From assembly GCA_964481125.1 (NCBI GenBank), contig CAYZSL010000001.1, forward strand, positions 34,468 to 98,467: a DNA stretch of 64,000 nt, written 5' to 3'. The notes beneath the pieces are model-generated. The model searched no databases. It saw only the letters and a program-made list of their open reading frames with translations, and had not been told where the DNA came from. A program made the position numbers and the translations under genes. Below are positions 30,544 through 39,308 of the stretch, one piece after another; position 1 is the stretch's first letter, and each line of letters opens with the position of its first letter. The DNA comes from an uncultured Candidatus Saccharibacteria bacterium (GTDB taxonomy: Bacteria > Patescibacteriota > Minisyncoccia > Minisyncoccales > RBG-13-42-11).

Positions 30544-30894
30544 TTATTTAACCAATTCTATTATGGCTATTTTGGCAGCATCTACTTTTCTTTGGCCAAG
30601 CTTAATAATTCTGGTATATCCCCCTTTTCTTTCTTTGAACCTCGGGGCAATCTCATCAACCAATTTCTTAACCACTTTCCCGGTAAAAAACTTTGCCAAT
30701 AATCTGCGCGAAGCCAAAGTGCCGACTTTCGCTTTGGTAATCTTTTTTTCGACGAAAGAGGAAACCTCTTTTGCCTTAGCTTCTGTTGTTTTAACTTTTT
30801 CTTTCAATATCAAAGCAGCAGCTAAAGATTTTAAAAGAGCGTTTCTTTGGTCTTTTTCCCTATTTAGTTTTTTCCCCTTTTTTCTTTTTCTCAT
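30544..30894 (-). CDS. rplQ: 50S ribosomal protein L17
   Basis: MRKRKKGKKLNREKDQRNALLKSL, GGYTRIIKLGQRKVD. Confidence 0.93.
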   Translation of the reverse strand: MRKRKKGKKLNREKDQRNALLKSLAAALILKEKVKTTEAKAKEVSSFVEKKITKAKVGTLASRRLLAKFFTGKVVKKLVDEIAPRFKERKGGYTRIIKLGQRKVDAAKIAIIELVK

Positions 30895-31690
30895 TTTTTA
30901 CTTTTTTGCTTACTGCTTTCTTTTCTTTTTTTGGTTTCTTGGCCGCTTTTTTCTTTTCTTTGACTTCCGGTTCTACAGATACAGCTTTCGGCTGGAAAGC
31001 TGTAGCCAACAACGAAAAGTGGTTAATTAAAATTTCCGAAGCCTGATAAAATGCCTGTTCCGGATCGATAATGCCGTCTGTTTCAATTTCCAGAAACAAT
31101 CTGTCAAAGTCAGTTCTTTCTCCGACACGCATATTCTCAACCCTGGAACTTACCCTTTTTACAGGAGTAAAGCTGGCATCCAGCAGAATAGCTCCTATCT
31201 CTAATTTTTCAGGCATGGAGCCTGCTGTTTTTTTCCTTGTTTCGCGGCTGGAATAGCCGATTCCCTTTTCAATCTGGATTTCCATTTCCAGTTCAGCTGA
31301 TTTTGAATTCAAAGTGGCAATATGGCAGTTTTTATTTACCAATTCCACTTGACTGGACAGCTTGAAATCAGAGCCCTTGACTATTTTTTCTCCTTTTACT
31401 TTTAAGGTCGCTTTCTGTGGCTCGTCGCTGAAAAGCTTAAATCTCAATTGCTTCAAATTAAGCATTATGGTGATAACGTCTTCTAAAACTCCTGAAATCG
31501 TTGAGAACTCATGGGAAACTCCCTTGATTTTGACCTGGGTAACGGCAGCTCCCTCAAGCGAAGAAAGCAAAACCCTTCTCAAAGAATTGCCGACGGTTAC
31601 TCCGTAGCCGGGATGCAAAGCTTCTATTTCAAAAACAGCTTTGTTCCCTTCTTTTTTAACGATTTTTGGAACGTGAGGTAAATTAATCAT
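30860..31690 (-). CDS. rpoA: DNA-directed RNA polymerase alpha subunit, NTD only plus Lys-rich tail
   Basis: GYGVTVGNSLRRVLLSSLEGAAVT, HEFSTISGVLEDV; start set to ATG 31690 (MINLPH); last ~44 aa are K/E-rich, no alpha-CTD recognisable. Confidence 0.9.
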   Translation of the reverse strand: MINLPHVPKIVKKEGNKAVFEIEALHPGYGVTVGNSLRRVLLSSLEGAAVTQVKIKGVSHEFSTISGVLEDVITIMLNLKQLRFKLFSDEPQKATLKVKGEKIVKGSDFKLSSQVELVNKNCHIATLNSKSAELEMEIQIEKGIGYSSRETRKKTAGSMPEKLEIGAILLDASFTPVKRVSSRVENMRVGERTDFDRLFLEIETDGIIDPEQAFYQASEILINHFSLLATAFQPKAVSVEPEVKEKKKAAKKPKKEKKAVSKKVKNEKKKKGEKTK

Positions 31691-31691
31691 A

Positions 31692-32321
31692 TTATTTTGA
31701 ATAAAACTCGAAAATTGCGGAGAGTTCTGCCGGTGGGACAGCCTCTTCCAAATTTGGTGAATCGATGACCTTTGCCTCCAGCTTCTCGGCATCTAATTTG
31801 AGCCAAGACGGAGGATTATATTTTTTTAAAGTAGATGATAACTTTTGGAAAATTGTTTTTTTTAAAGAATTGGGGTTAACGCTTATTTTGTCCCCTTTCT
31901 TAACTAGATAGCTGGAAATATTAATCGGCCTGTCGTTAATCATAAGATGGCGGTGAGAAACCATTTGTCTGGCAGCAAATTTGGAAGGAGCGAAACCTAA
32001 TCTGAAAACTACATTGTCCAAACGGCTCTCCAAAGTCTTAATCAAAGCAGCGCCGGCATCTGCCACCTTTCCCCTGGCCTTCAAAATATCTTTAACGTAG
32101 TTCCTAAATTGCTTCTCTTCCAAATTGTACCAGTTCTTTAATTTTTGTTTTTCCCTTAATTCTTTGCCGTATTCAGAAAGCGATTTCACTCTTTTTTTAG
32201 CTTTTGGCCCTGGCGGATAAGGTTTTTTGATCATTGGACATTTCTGCGATGAACACCTTTCGCCTCTCAAAAAAAGCTTAATTCCTGCACGACGGCAAAT
32301 TTTACATTTAGAAACATTCAT
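31692..32321 (-). CDS. rpsD: 30S ribosomal protein S4
   Basis: CKICRRAGIKLFLRGERC zinc-type N-terminus, S4 RNA-binding domain VSHRHLMINDRPINISSYLVKKGD. Confidence 0.95.
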   Translation of the reverse strand: MNVSKCKICRRAGIKLFLRGERCSSQKCPMIKKPYPPGPKAKKRVKSLSEYGKELREKQKLKNWYNLEEKQFRNYVKDILKARGKVADAGAALIKTLESRLDNVVFRLGFAPSKFAARQMVSHRHLMINDRPINISSYLVKKGDKISVNPNSLKKTIFQKLSSTLKKYNPPSWLKLDAEKLEAKVIDSPNLEEAVPPAELSAIFEFYSK

Positions 32322-32325
32322 AAGT

Positions 32326-32775
32326 TTATACCCTTCTTACTTTTGGCTTACGACAGCCGTTATGCGGAATCGGAGTCATATCCTTAATTGAAACTATTTC
32401 CAAGCCCCTGGCAGCCAATGACCTGATGGCTGAATCTCTGCCAGAACCTATCCCCTTTACGAAAATCTCTATCTTTTCAATCCCTATTTTCTCGGCAATC
32501 TGGACAATTGCTTCAGCTACTTTAGAAGCAGCAAAAGGCGTTGCTTTTTTTGCTCCTTTGAAACCGATATTGCCAGCGCTAGTCCAACCCAAAACATTAC
32601 CCTTTGGATCTGTCAAAGTAAGGATGGTGTTGTTATAAGAAGAAGCAATATAAATTCTGCCCTCTTGTATCCTTTTAAGGGTTTCTTTGGCCTGCTCTTT
32701 CACTTTCGTTTCCATGGCTTCACCTTCTTTCAAAATCTCTTCTTCAGTTTGTCGTATAACACGTTTTTTGCCCAT
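32326..32775 (-). CDS. rpsK: 30S ribosomal protein S11
   Basis: GRIYIASSYNNTILTLTDPKGN, TPIPHNGCRKPKVRR; start set to ATG 32775. Confidence 0.95.
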   Translation of the reverse strand: MGKKRVIRQTEEEILKEGEAMETKVKEQAKETLKRIQEGRIYIASSYNNTILTLTDPKGNVLGWTSAGNIGFKGAKKATPFAASKVAEAIVQIAEKIGIEKIEIFVKGIGSGRDSAIRSLAARGLEIVSIKDMTPIPHNGCRKPKVRRV

Positions 32776-32779
32776 AGTA

Positions 32780-33169
32780 TTATGTAGGTCCCGGAGGTGG
32801 CTTTCTGCCAGAACCAACTGTCTTTCTTGTGTTTCCCCTGACAGTTCTCGTATTGGTTTTGGTTCTCTGCCCCCGCACAGGCAGGCCTTTAATGTGCCTG
32901 ATGCCTATCCAGGTTCCTGCGTCCTTCAACCTTTTAATATTCATCATAATTTCTCTTTTCAAATCGCCCTCTGTCTTGTAATTCTTCTCAATAATGTCTT
33001 TTAAGGTAGACACTTCCTGAGTGGTCAATTCTGAAGCTTTTTTTGTCTCTCCAATACCAGCTTCCTCTAAAATTTTCTTGCTCAAAGAACGGCCTATTCC
33101 GAAGATATAGGTTAAAGCTATTTGTATTTGTTTTTTTTCAGGGATGTTAGTCCCGGCGATACGTGGCAT
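32780..33169 (-). CDS. rpsM: 30S ribosomal protein S13
   Basis: MPRIAGTNIPEKKQIQIALTYIFGIG, GLPVRGQRTKTN. Confidence 0.95.
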   Translation of the reverse strand: MPRIAGTNIPEKKQIQIALTYIFGIGRSLSKKILEEAGIGETKKASELTTQEVSTLKDIIEKNYKTEGDLKREIMMNIKRLKDAGTWIGIRHIKGLPVRGQRTKTNTRTVRGNTRKTVGSGRKPPPGPT

Positions 33170-33174
33170 AAGTT

Positions 33175-33291
33175 TTATCCTTGACGCTGTTTATGTTTGG
33201 GATTTTTTTTGCAAATAACATAAATTCGTCCTGATCTTCGGACGATTTTACAATCTTTGCAAATTTTCTTGACCGATGGACGTACTTTCAT
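33175..33291 (-). CDS. rpmJ: 50S ribosomal protein L36 (38 aa; below the ORF-track cutoff)
   Basis: Hand translation of the minus strand gives [38 protein letters not shown]; canonical position between infA and rpsM. Confidence 0.93.
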   Translation of the reverse strand: MKVRPSVKKICKDCKIVRRSGRIYVICKKNPKHKQRQG

Positions 33292-33324
33292 AATAAAAAA
33301 ACAATAATGACTTATTGCGCGAAA

Positions 33325-33540
33325 CTATTTTCCGCGGTATGTTATTCTTCCTTTTTTCAGATCATAGGGGCTTAATTCAACCGTCACCCTGTCGCCCGGC
33401 AAAACCTTTATCCTGAACATTCTTAATTTACCTGCCAAATGACACGAAACCTCCTCCCCGTCATCCAGTTTAACCTTAAAATGCGTGCTGGGAAGAGCTT
33501 CTGTGATTATTCCGGTTTTTATTAAGTCATTCTTATCCAT
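33325..33540 (-). CDS. infA: translation initiation factor IF-1
   Basis: 71 aa S1-like fold, [32 protein letters not shown]. Confidence 0.95.
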   Translation of the reverse strand: MDKNDLIKTGIITEALPSTHFKVKLDDGEEVSCHLAGKLRMFRIKVLPGDRVTVELSPYDLKKGRITYRGK

Positions 33541-33588
33541 TAAATAGGCAATTTTTTAGTTTATCAGAAATTAGTTATTTGGTCAATG

Positions 33589-34914
33589 CTAATCAATGAC
33601 CAGATTAAATTTAATCTTACTTAGGTCTTCTGGCACCTTATTGACCCAGAACGGCCAAAACTTGACGCTGGCCCTAGTGATCTTGGGATAGTTTTCCAAG
33701 AAGAGCTTAGCCTCAAGCAAAGACTTTCCTTTTAAGGCGTTTTTAAAGCTGAAAATGTCAACATCAGCATAGATTTTAGCTGAAATTGTCAGAGAAACAG
33801 CAATTTTGCCGGTTTCTAAATCAACATCGTCAATAGAATAATTTATTTTCAAACTTTCCTCATAAAGCTTTTTATCCTGGGGAATCTGAAAAATAATCGC
33901 CTCTTTAACGTAATTCCTGATATCTTCTTTCTTAAATACTATGACTTGGCATTGCGCTTTCGCCTGGTAATTAAAATCTTTTGCTTCTGCTTCAGCAGAA
34001 GTCAAAGAAAAGTTCTCAATAATTTCTGTCTGGATGCTGTCTGGCAAATAATCGAATTTGGAAGAAATCGCTTCTGACTGCAGTTCATTCTGCAGCAGTT
34101 CATTACATTCTTTTCCCGCTTGTTTTGTCAAAGTTTCCTCAGCTTGAGATAAATCTTTTTCTGTCACTTTGGCAACCTCTTCCTGAAAGCCGCCTGTCAT
34201 AACTTCAAAAGATTCGCCGTAGAATTTAGTGTATTTGTCTGTGCCGGCAAATCCCGGTATGGAGAACTTGGTTGAAACGATATTATATTCTTCGCCCGGC
34301 TGATCTGCTACCACCTTTACGTCTATTTCTCCGGGAACAAGCTTCCCCTTCTCATAAGTGCCTCCGGGAATGGTAACTTTAATTGGCGTACGGAATACCT
34401 TTCCGTCAGATGAAACGAAACGGGTGGTGGCTATCAAAGCTTGAGCAGAAGTCGAATAAGCGTTGTATACTTTTATCGTGCCTTGTGCCTTCTCCTCTTT
34501 CATAATTTTACCGGAAACCGGAAAAGTCTGAACAATGGTTTTTTCTTTCTGAAGCGTTTCCGCCGGAATAATCTTTAAAAGAGAATCAATAGCTGTTGCG
34601 TTTTTGTCGATATTCGTTTCTTCTATAAGATTAAAAACTTCTATCTCCGGCCAAATGCTTATTTCAGCCTTAGACAAAGCAATGTAGCAGAACGCTCCTA
34701 ATAAAACCAAAAAAAGCAAAGAAAAAGTCAAACCCTTTTTAAAAGGCGGATTAGGAGCTTTTTTAGAAAAACCCCATAAAGGAGCTCTGGGCTTTTTCTC
34801 TGGTTCTATCTTTACTTCCTGTATTTCCTGCTCTTTGTGCTCCTCCTTTTTTTTCTCTTTTTTTGAAGGAGGAAAAACGTCTATTACTTTTTTGCTCATA
34901 ATAACATTATACAC
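33589..34914 (-). CDS. hypothetical membrane-anchored protein (441 aa)
   Basis: Lys/Glu-rich N-terminus, one TM (LTFSLLFLVLLGAFCYIAL), large beta-rich exterior domain; no family recognised; alternative start ATG 34899. Confidence 0.7.
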   Translation of the reverse strand: MYNVIMSKKVIDVFPPSKKEKKKEEHKEQEIQEVKIEPEKKPRAPLWGFSKKAPNPPFKKGLTFSLLFLVLLGAFCYIALSKAEISIWPEIEVFNLIEETNIDKNATAIDSLLKIIPAETLQKEKTIVQTFPVSGKIMKEEKAQGTIKVYNAYSTSAQALIATTRFVSSDGKVFRTPIKVTIPGGTYEKGKLVPGEIDVKVVADQPGEEYNIVSTKFSIPGFAGTDKYTKFYGESFEVMTGGFQEEVAKVTEKDLSQAEETLTKQAGKECNELLQNELQSEAISSKFDYLPDSIQTEIIENFSLTSAEAEAKDFNYQAKAQCQVIVFKKEDIRNYVKEAIIFQIPQDKKLYEESLKINYSIDDVDLETGKIAVSLTISAKIYADVDIFSFKNALKGKSLLEAKLFLENYPKITRASVKFWPFWVNKVPEDLSKIKFNLVID

Positions 34915-34923
34915 TATTTATGC

Positions 34924-36582
34924 TCATTCCAAAACAGCTCTGATCCTCCTGATGCCAGCGCTGGAAGACTCTTCCTTAACAACCTTGAAATGACCGAGCT
35001 CGCCAGTACGGCTAACGTGGGGTCCACCGCATATCTCTTTTGAAAAATCGCCGATACTGTAAACTTTTACTTTCTCTTCATATTTATCTTCGAAAACTCC
35101 GGTCGCTCCCTTCTTCTTTGCTTCATCTAAACTCATTTCTTCACAAACCACAGGCAAGTCTTCTTTGATTTTCTGATTAACAATCTCTTCAACTTCTTTA
35201 ATTTCTTTTTCTGTCATCTTTTCTGGATGGGAAAAATCAAACCTCAGTCTCTCAATTGTGATATTGCTTCCTTTTTGAGAAACCTGACCACCCAAAACCT
35301 TTCTTAAAGCAGCTAACAACAAATGATTGACAGTGTGATATTTAACTACTTGCTCAGAATTGTCGGCTAGGCCTCCTTTGAACATGCCAGAAGAAGAAGT
35401 TCTTGAAAGTTCTTGGTGTTCTTTGAATTTTTTATTAAATTCTTCCACGTTAATATCCCGCCCTCTTTCTTTAGCCAACTCTAAAGTCAATTCTAAAGGA
35501 AACCCGTAACTGGTATATAATTCAAAAGCGTCTATGCCTTTTTCAAACTGTTTCAATCCCTCCTCCAATGTCTTCTCAAACTTTTCCTCTTCGTTTTGAA
35601 TTGCCGTTAAAATATCAGCTTCTTTTGATTTCAGTTCTGGATAAATATCTTTATACATTTCAATCGCTTTTTGCGCCAAAGGTATTAAGAAGTTCTCTGG
35701 TAAATTAAGTATTTTTCCGTATCTTATCGCCCTCCTTAAAACCCTTCTCAAAACGTATCCCCTTTCAACGTTGGAAGGCAATATTCCATCAACAATTAGA
35801 AAAACAGAACTTTTAACATGGTCAGAGATAATTCTTTTTGCTTTTTCATTATCACCCGGAATCTCATTTATAATCGGTAAAAACAAATCAGTCTCAAAAA
35901 CTGATTTTTTACCCTGAACAACCGTTGCTAATCTTTCTAATCCCATGCCAGTATCAACACCTTTCTGTTTTAAAGAAATAAGTTTACCTGATTTATCCTG
36001 GTAATATTCGTTAAATACCAAATTCCAAACCTCAATACCGTTAAAATGAATTTCAGTTGTCGGACCGCAAGGCCCTTCTTCGCCTGTCGGTCCCCAGAAA
36101 TTATCCTCTCTGCCGCACTTTTTAATCCTATCTTCTGAAATTCCTAATTTTTTCCAAATTTGGATTGAATCTTTATCTTCAGGAACCTTCCCACCTCCTT
36201 TAAAAACAGTAAAAATAGCCTTATTTAAGGGTAATTTCAACTCTTTAAAAAGAAATTCATAAGTCAGCTTTATCGCTTCTTCTTTAAAATAGCCGCCGAA
36301 AGAAAAATTCCCCAGCATTTCCAAAAAAGTCAGATGACTATCATCTCCCACCTCTTCAATATCTGACGTCCTAAAACACTTCTGGCAGGAACAGACATTC
36401 TGGCCAAAGGGAGATTTTTCACCAAGATAATACGGCTTGAACTGCTGCATGCCAGCCGTAGTAAACAAAACACTTGTGTCAGTCGGTATAAGAGAAGACG
36501 AGGGCACTATTTTGTGTCCATTTTTTTCAAAAAATTCTAAAAACTTTCTCCTCAGGTCTTTTGAGTTCATTAAAATTTCCAT
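34924..36582 (-). CDS. alaS: alanyl-tRNA synthetase, shortened (no C-Ala domain)
   Basis: FLEFFEKNGHKIVPSSSLIP, FTTAGMQQFKP, GMGLERLA; editing-site HTVNHLL...CGGPHV; ends right after IRRIRAVLE; 552 aa. Confidence 0.9.
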   Translation of the reverse strand: MEILMNSKDLRRKFLEFFEKNGHKIVPSSSLIPTDTSVLFTTAGMQQFKPYYLGEKSPFGQNVCSCQKCFRTSDIEEVGDDSHLTFLEMLGNFSFGGYFKEEAIKLTYEFLFKELKLPLNKAIFTVFKGGGKVPEDKDSIQIWKKLGISEDRIKKCGREDNFWGPTGEEGPCGPTTEIHFNGIEVWNLVFNEYYQDKSGKLISLKQKGVDTGMGLERLATVVQGKKSVFETDLFLPIINEIPGDNEKAKRIISDHVKSSVFLIVDGILPSNVERGYVLRRVLRRAIRYGKILNLPENFLIPLAQKAIEMYKDIYPELKSKEADILTAIQNEEEKFEKTLEEGLKQFEKGIDAFELYTSYGFPLELTLELAKERGRDINVEEFNKKFKEHQELSRTSSSGMFKGGLADNSEQVVKYHTVNHLLLAALRKVLGGQVSQKGSNITIERLRFDFSHPEKMTEKEIKEVEEIVNQKIKEDLPVVCEEMSLDEAKKKGATGVFEDKYEEKVKVYSIGDFSKEICGGPHVSRTGELGHFKVVKEESSSAGIRRIRAVLE

Positions 36583-37094
36583 TAGCTGTATCTATCAGCT
36601 ACTGATGAAGCAGCGAAAGATTCCGGCTTGATTTTCGGCTCAAAACCGTTCCCTTTTATCAAACCGGTAACCTCTTTAATCATGTCCCTAGTTTTTCCGT
36701 TCTCGCCAACATCGGCATGAATGTAGCGAAACTGATAGTTAAGATTTGCTTTTCCGAGCCTTTCAATCACCTTTTCAAAATTTTCCCTCAGATATAAAGC
36801 GAACTGACAGGAAAGATAAACTTCCTCTAAAATCCTCTGCTTCCAGTTATAGAAAATCCTTCCTTTATAATCTATCTTCTTAAGAAAAAACCTGCCTCCC
36901 TCGCCCACTCTTAAAACAACTACAGCCAAAGGAAAATGCGGCTCTGTGCCGGAAGAGGAATCGCAGCCAACGATAACATCGTAAAACTTTTCAGGCTTTT
37001 CAGAAATATAATTAATTATCTCCTCAACCACCTTTTCAATCTTAAGATCGCCCTTGGTCGGATTAAAAAAATAGCCGTTTAGAATCTTATCCAT
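36582..37094 (-). CDS. YkuK/DUF458-like RNase H-fold protein
   Basis: VIVGCDSS ... LAVVVLRVGEGGRFF ... IHADVGENGKTRD pattern recalled from the YkuK family. Confidence 0.55.
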   Translation of the reverse strand: MDKILNGYFFNPTKGDLKIEKVVEEIINYISEKPEKFYDVIVGCDSSSGTEPHFPLAVVVLRVGEGGRFFLKKIDYKGRIFYNWKQRILEEVYLSCQFALYLRENFEKVIERLGKANLNYQFRYIHADVGENGKTRDMIKEVTGLIKGNGFEPKIKPESFAASSVADRYS

Positions 37095-37132
37095 AATTTA
37101 ATGCTTAAAAATAACAAAAATACCCAATAAGG

Positions 37133-37864
37133 TCAACTTTTCCTCACGCTTTTAATAAAGTCTTTGGCGTTCAGAGAGGCTGCGCCGATTAAAGCGCCGT
37201 TTATACCATCAACAGCAACAAACTCTTTAATATTCCTGCTGTTTACGCTCCCGCCGTACAATATCCTCAATTTCTGAGCAATATTTTTACCAAATAATTT
37301 AAACAAATTATTCCTGATAAAAGCTGCTCCTTGTTCAGCTTGTTTTGGAGTAGCTACTTTTCCGCCTTTTGTCGTGCTTATCGCCCAAACAGGCTCGTAA
37401 ACAACAACTAAATTCTTAACCTCATTTTTATTAATTTCAGATAAAGCTCTTTCTAGCTGTTTCTTAATTTCTTTGAATTCCTGCTTCTGGTTTTTGCTTT
37501 TACTACCGACACAAAGAATCGGCTTCAAACCAGTCCCTAAAACTGCCTTTAATTTCCTGCTGACTATTTCATCTGTTTCCTTCAGAATTTCTCTTCTCTC
37601 AGAATGGCCAATCATGACATATTTCACACCGATGCTTTTCAGCATCAAGGGAGAAATTTCTCCGGTAAAAGGCCCGCCGCAACAAAAACAATCCTGGGCT
37701 CCCAGTTTCAAACCAGGACCGAGAGAAGCAATATATAAAAAAGGAGGGCAAATAACCACCTCCGCTTTTTTAATATTTTTTACCCCTTTAGCAACAGAAT
37801 CAAAAAGCTTTTTAGCTTCTGTTAAACTTTTAGGGTTGCATTTCCAGTTTGCGACAATCAACAT
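37133..37864 (-). CDS. tpiA: triosephosphate isomerase
   Basis: MLIVANWKCN, MIGHSERR, YEPVWAISTTKG, LYGGSV. Confidence 0.93.
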   Translation of the reverse strand: MLIVANWKCNPKSLTEAKKLFDSVAKGVKNIKKAEVVICPPFLYIASLGPGLKLGAQDCFCCGGPFTGEISPLMLKSIGVKYVMIGHSERREILKETDEIVSRKLKAVLGTGLKPILCVGSKSKNQKQEFKEIKKQLERALSEINKNEVKNLVVVYEPVWAISTTKGGKVATPKQAEQGAAFIRNNLFKLFGKNIAQKLRILYGGSVNSRNIKEFVAVDGINGALIGAASLNAKDFIKSVRKS

Positions 37865-37890
37865 AATCGTTGTTTTATTATAGAACTTTT

Positions 37891-38637
37891 TTAAGCTTCT
37901 GTTAATATTTTGCAGCCTTTTTCAGTTACAACAATAGTATGTTCAAAATGGCAGGATAAAGAGTTGTCAGCAGTTTTATAAGCGTGCCCGTCAGAAGCTA
38001 ATTTGATTTTCCAGTCGCCCACAGCCAGCATCGGCTCAATGCAGAAGACCATTCCTTCTTTTATTTCAGGACCGCTCCTTCTTTTTCCGTAATTCAATAT
38101 TTGCGGCTCTTCGTGAACTTCTCTGCCAATTCCATGGCCGCACAAGTCCTGAATAACGCTGAATCCCTGCGACTCAGCAAATCTCTGGATAGTATTGCCA
38201 ATGTCGCCAAAAGTATTGCCCGGCCTGACTTTTTTCAACCCTCTCTTCAAAGCTTTCTTAGTTGTGCGGATAAGCCTAGAAACCTCAGAACTGACCTTAC
38301 CAACTGGCAAAGTCACTGCCATATCAGTATGAAAGCCCTTGTAAAGCATTCCCAAATCAAGGGAAATTATCTCTCCTTCTTCCAAGACACGATTTGAAGG
38401 AATAGCATGGACTATTTCCTCGTTTATCGAAGTGCAAAGACAACTAGGGTAACCATCGTATCCCTTAAAGGAACATTTTCCTCCGAATTTTAAAATCAGG
38501 CTCTCGCTGAGCCTGTCTAATTCTTTAGTGGTAATTCCCGGCTTCACTTTCTTTTCAAGCTCCTGCATAATCTTTGCCAGAATCTTACCGCCTTCTGCCA
38601 TTACTTTGATTTCCTCTTTTGTTTTTATCGAAATCAT
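37891..38637 (-). CDS. map: methionine aminopeptidase type I
   Basis: ISIKTKEEI, HAIPS, SLDLG, CGHGIG, FCIEP, EHTIVVT metal ligands. Confidence 0.95.
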   Translation of the reverse strand: MISIKTKEEIKVMAEGGKILAKIMQELEKKVKPGITTKELDRLSESLILKFGGKCSFKGYDGYPSCLCTSINEEIVHAIPSNRVLEEGEIISLDLGMLYKGFHTDMAVTLPVGKVSSEVSRLIRTTKKALKRGLKKVRPGNTFGDIGNTIQRFAESQGFSVIQDLCGHGIGREVHEEPQILNYGKRRSGPEIKEGMVFCIEPMLAVGDWKIKLASDGHAYKTADNSLSCHFEHTIVVTEKGCKILTEA

Positions 38638-39308
38638 TTGAGAGCCTTTAAAATATCTTTAAAAACATTCTCAATACTTTGAGCGCCGTTAATCCTAATT
38701 AATTTTCTTTGTTTTTTGTAATAATTTATGACCGGTATAGTATGTTTTTTAAATTCTGATAATCGTTTTTTAATAGCCTCCAGTCTGTCATCAATTCTAA
38801 CAAAAAGTTTGCCGCCACATTTATCGCACTCTTTTAGCTTTTTAAATTCTCCTATCCAGGGAATTAACCTGCCGCATTTTTTACACTGCCTTCTCTTTGT
38901 TAAGCGATTAATGGATTCTTTTTCTGTAATGTGCAGAAAAATAACTTTTACGTCTTTTTGCCATTCATACCAAAGTAAAGCATCGTTAAAAAATATAGCT
39001 TCAAGCAATTTCCTCGGGCTGCCATCGGAAAGTAATCCCTTAAAGTTTCTTTTTTGTTTAAATTCTTCGAATTTATCCATCCACAATTTAGAAATAACAA
39101 ATTCGGGAACCCATTCTCCCCTTCTCATAACTTTTACTAATTTTTCTCCAGTAAAATCACCTTTCTTTTGACGTTTCCGAAGAGCAACACCACTTCCAAA
39201 ATAATCTAATCTGAACTTCTTGAGAAGTAAGTTGGCCTGAGTTCCTTTGCCTGATCCGGGGGGACCAAGAATAATTATTACTTTTGTTTTTTTCTTAGAA
39301 AGTTTCAT
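38634..39308 (-). CDS. adk: adenylate kinase (zinc-lid type)
   Basis: ILGPPGSGKGTQA P-loop, lid CKKCGR...CDKCGG; canonical position after secY. Confidence 0.9.
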   Translation of the reverse strand: MKLSKKKTKVIIILGPPGSGKGTQANLLLKKFRLDYFGSGVALRKRQKKGDFTGEKLVKVMRRGEWVPEFVISKLWMDKFEEFKQKRNFKGLLSDGSPRKLLEAIFFNDALLWYEWQKDVKVIFLHITEKESINRLTKRRQCKKCGRLIPWIGEFKKLKECDKCGGKLFVRIDDRLEAIKKRLSEFKKHTIPVINYYKKQRKLIRINGAQSIENVFKDILKALK

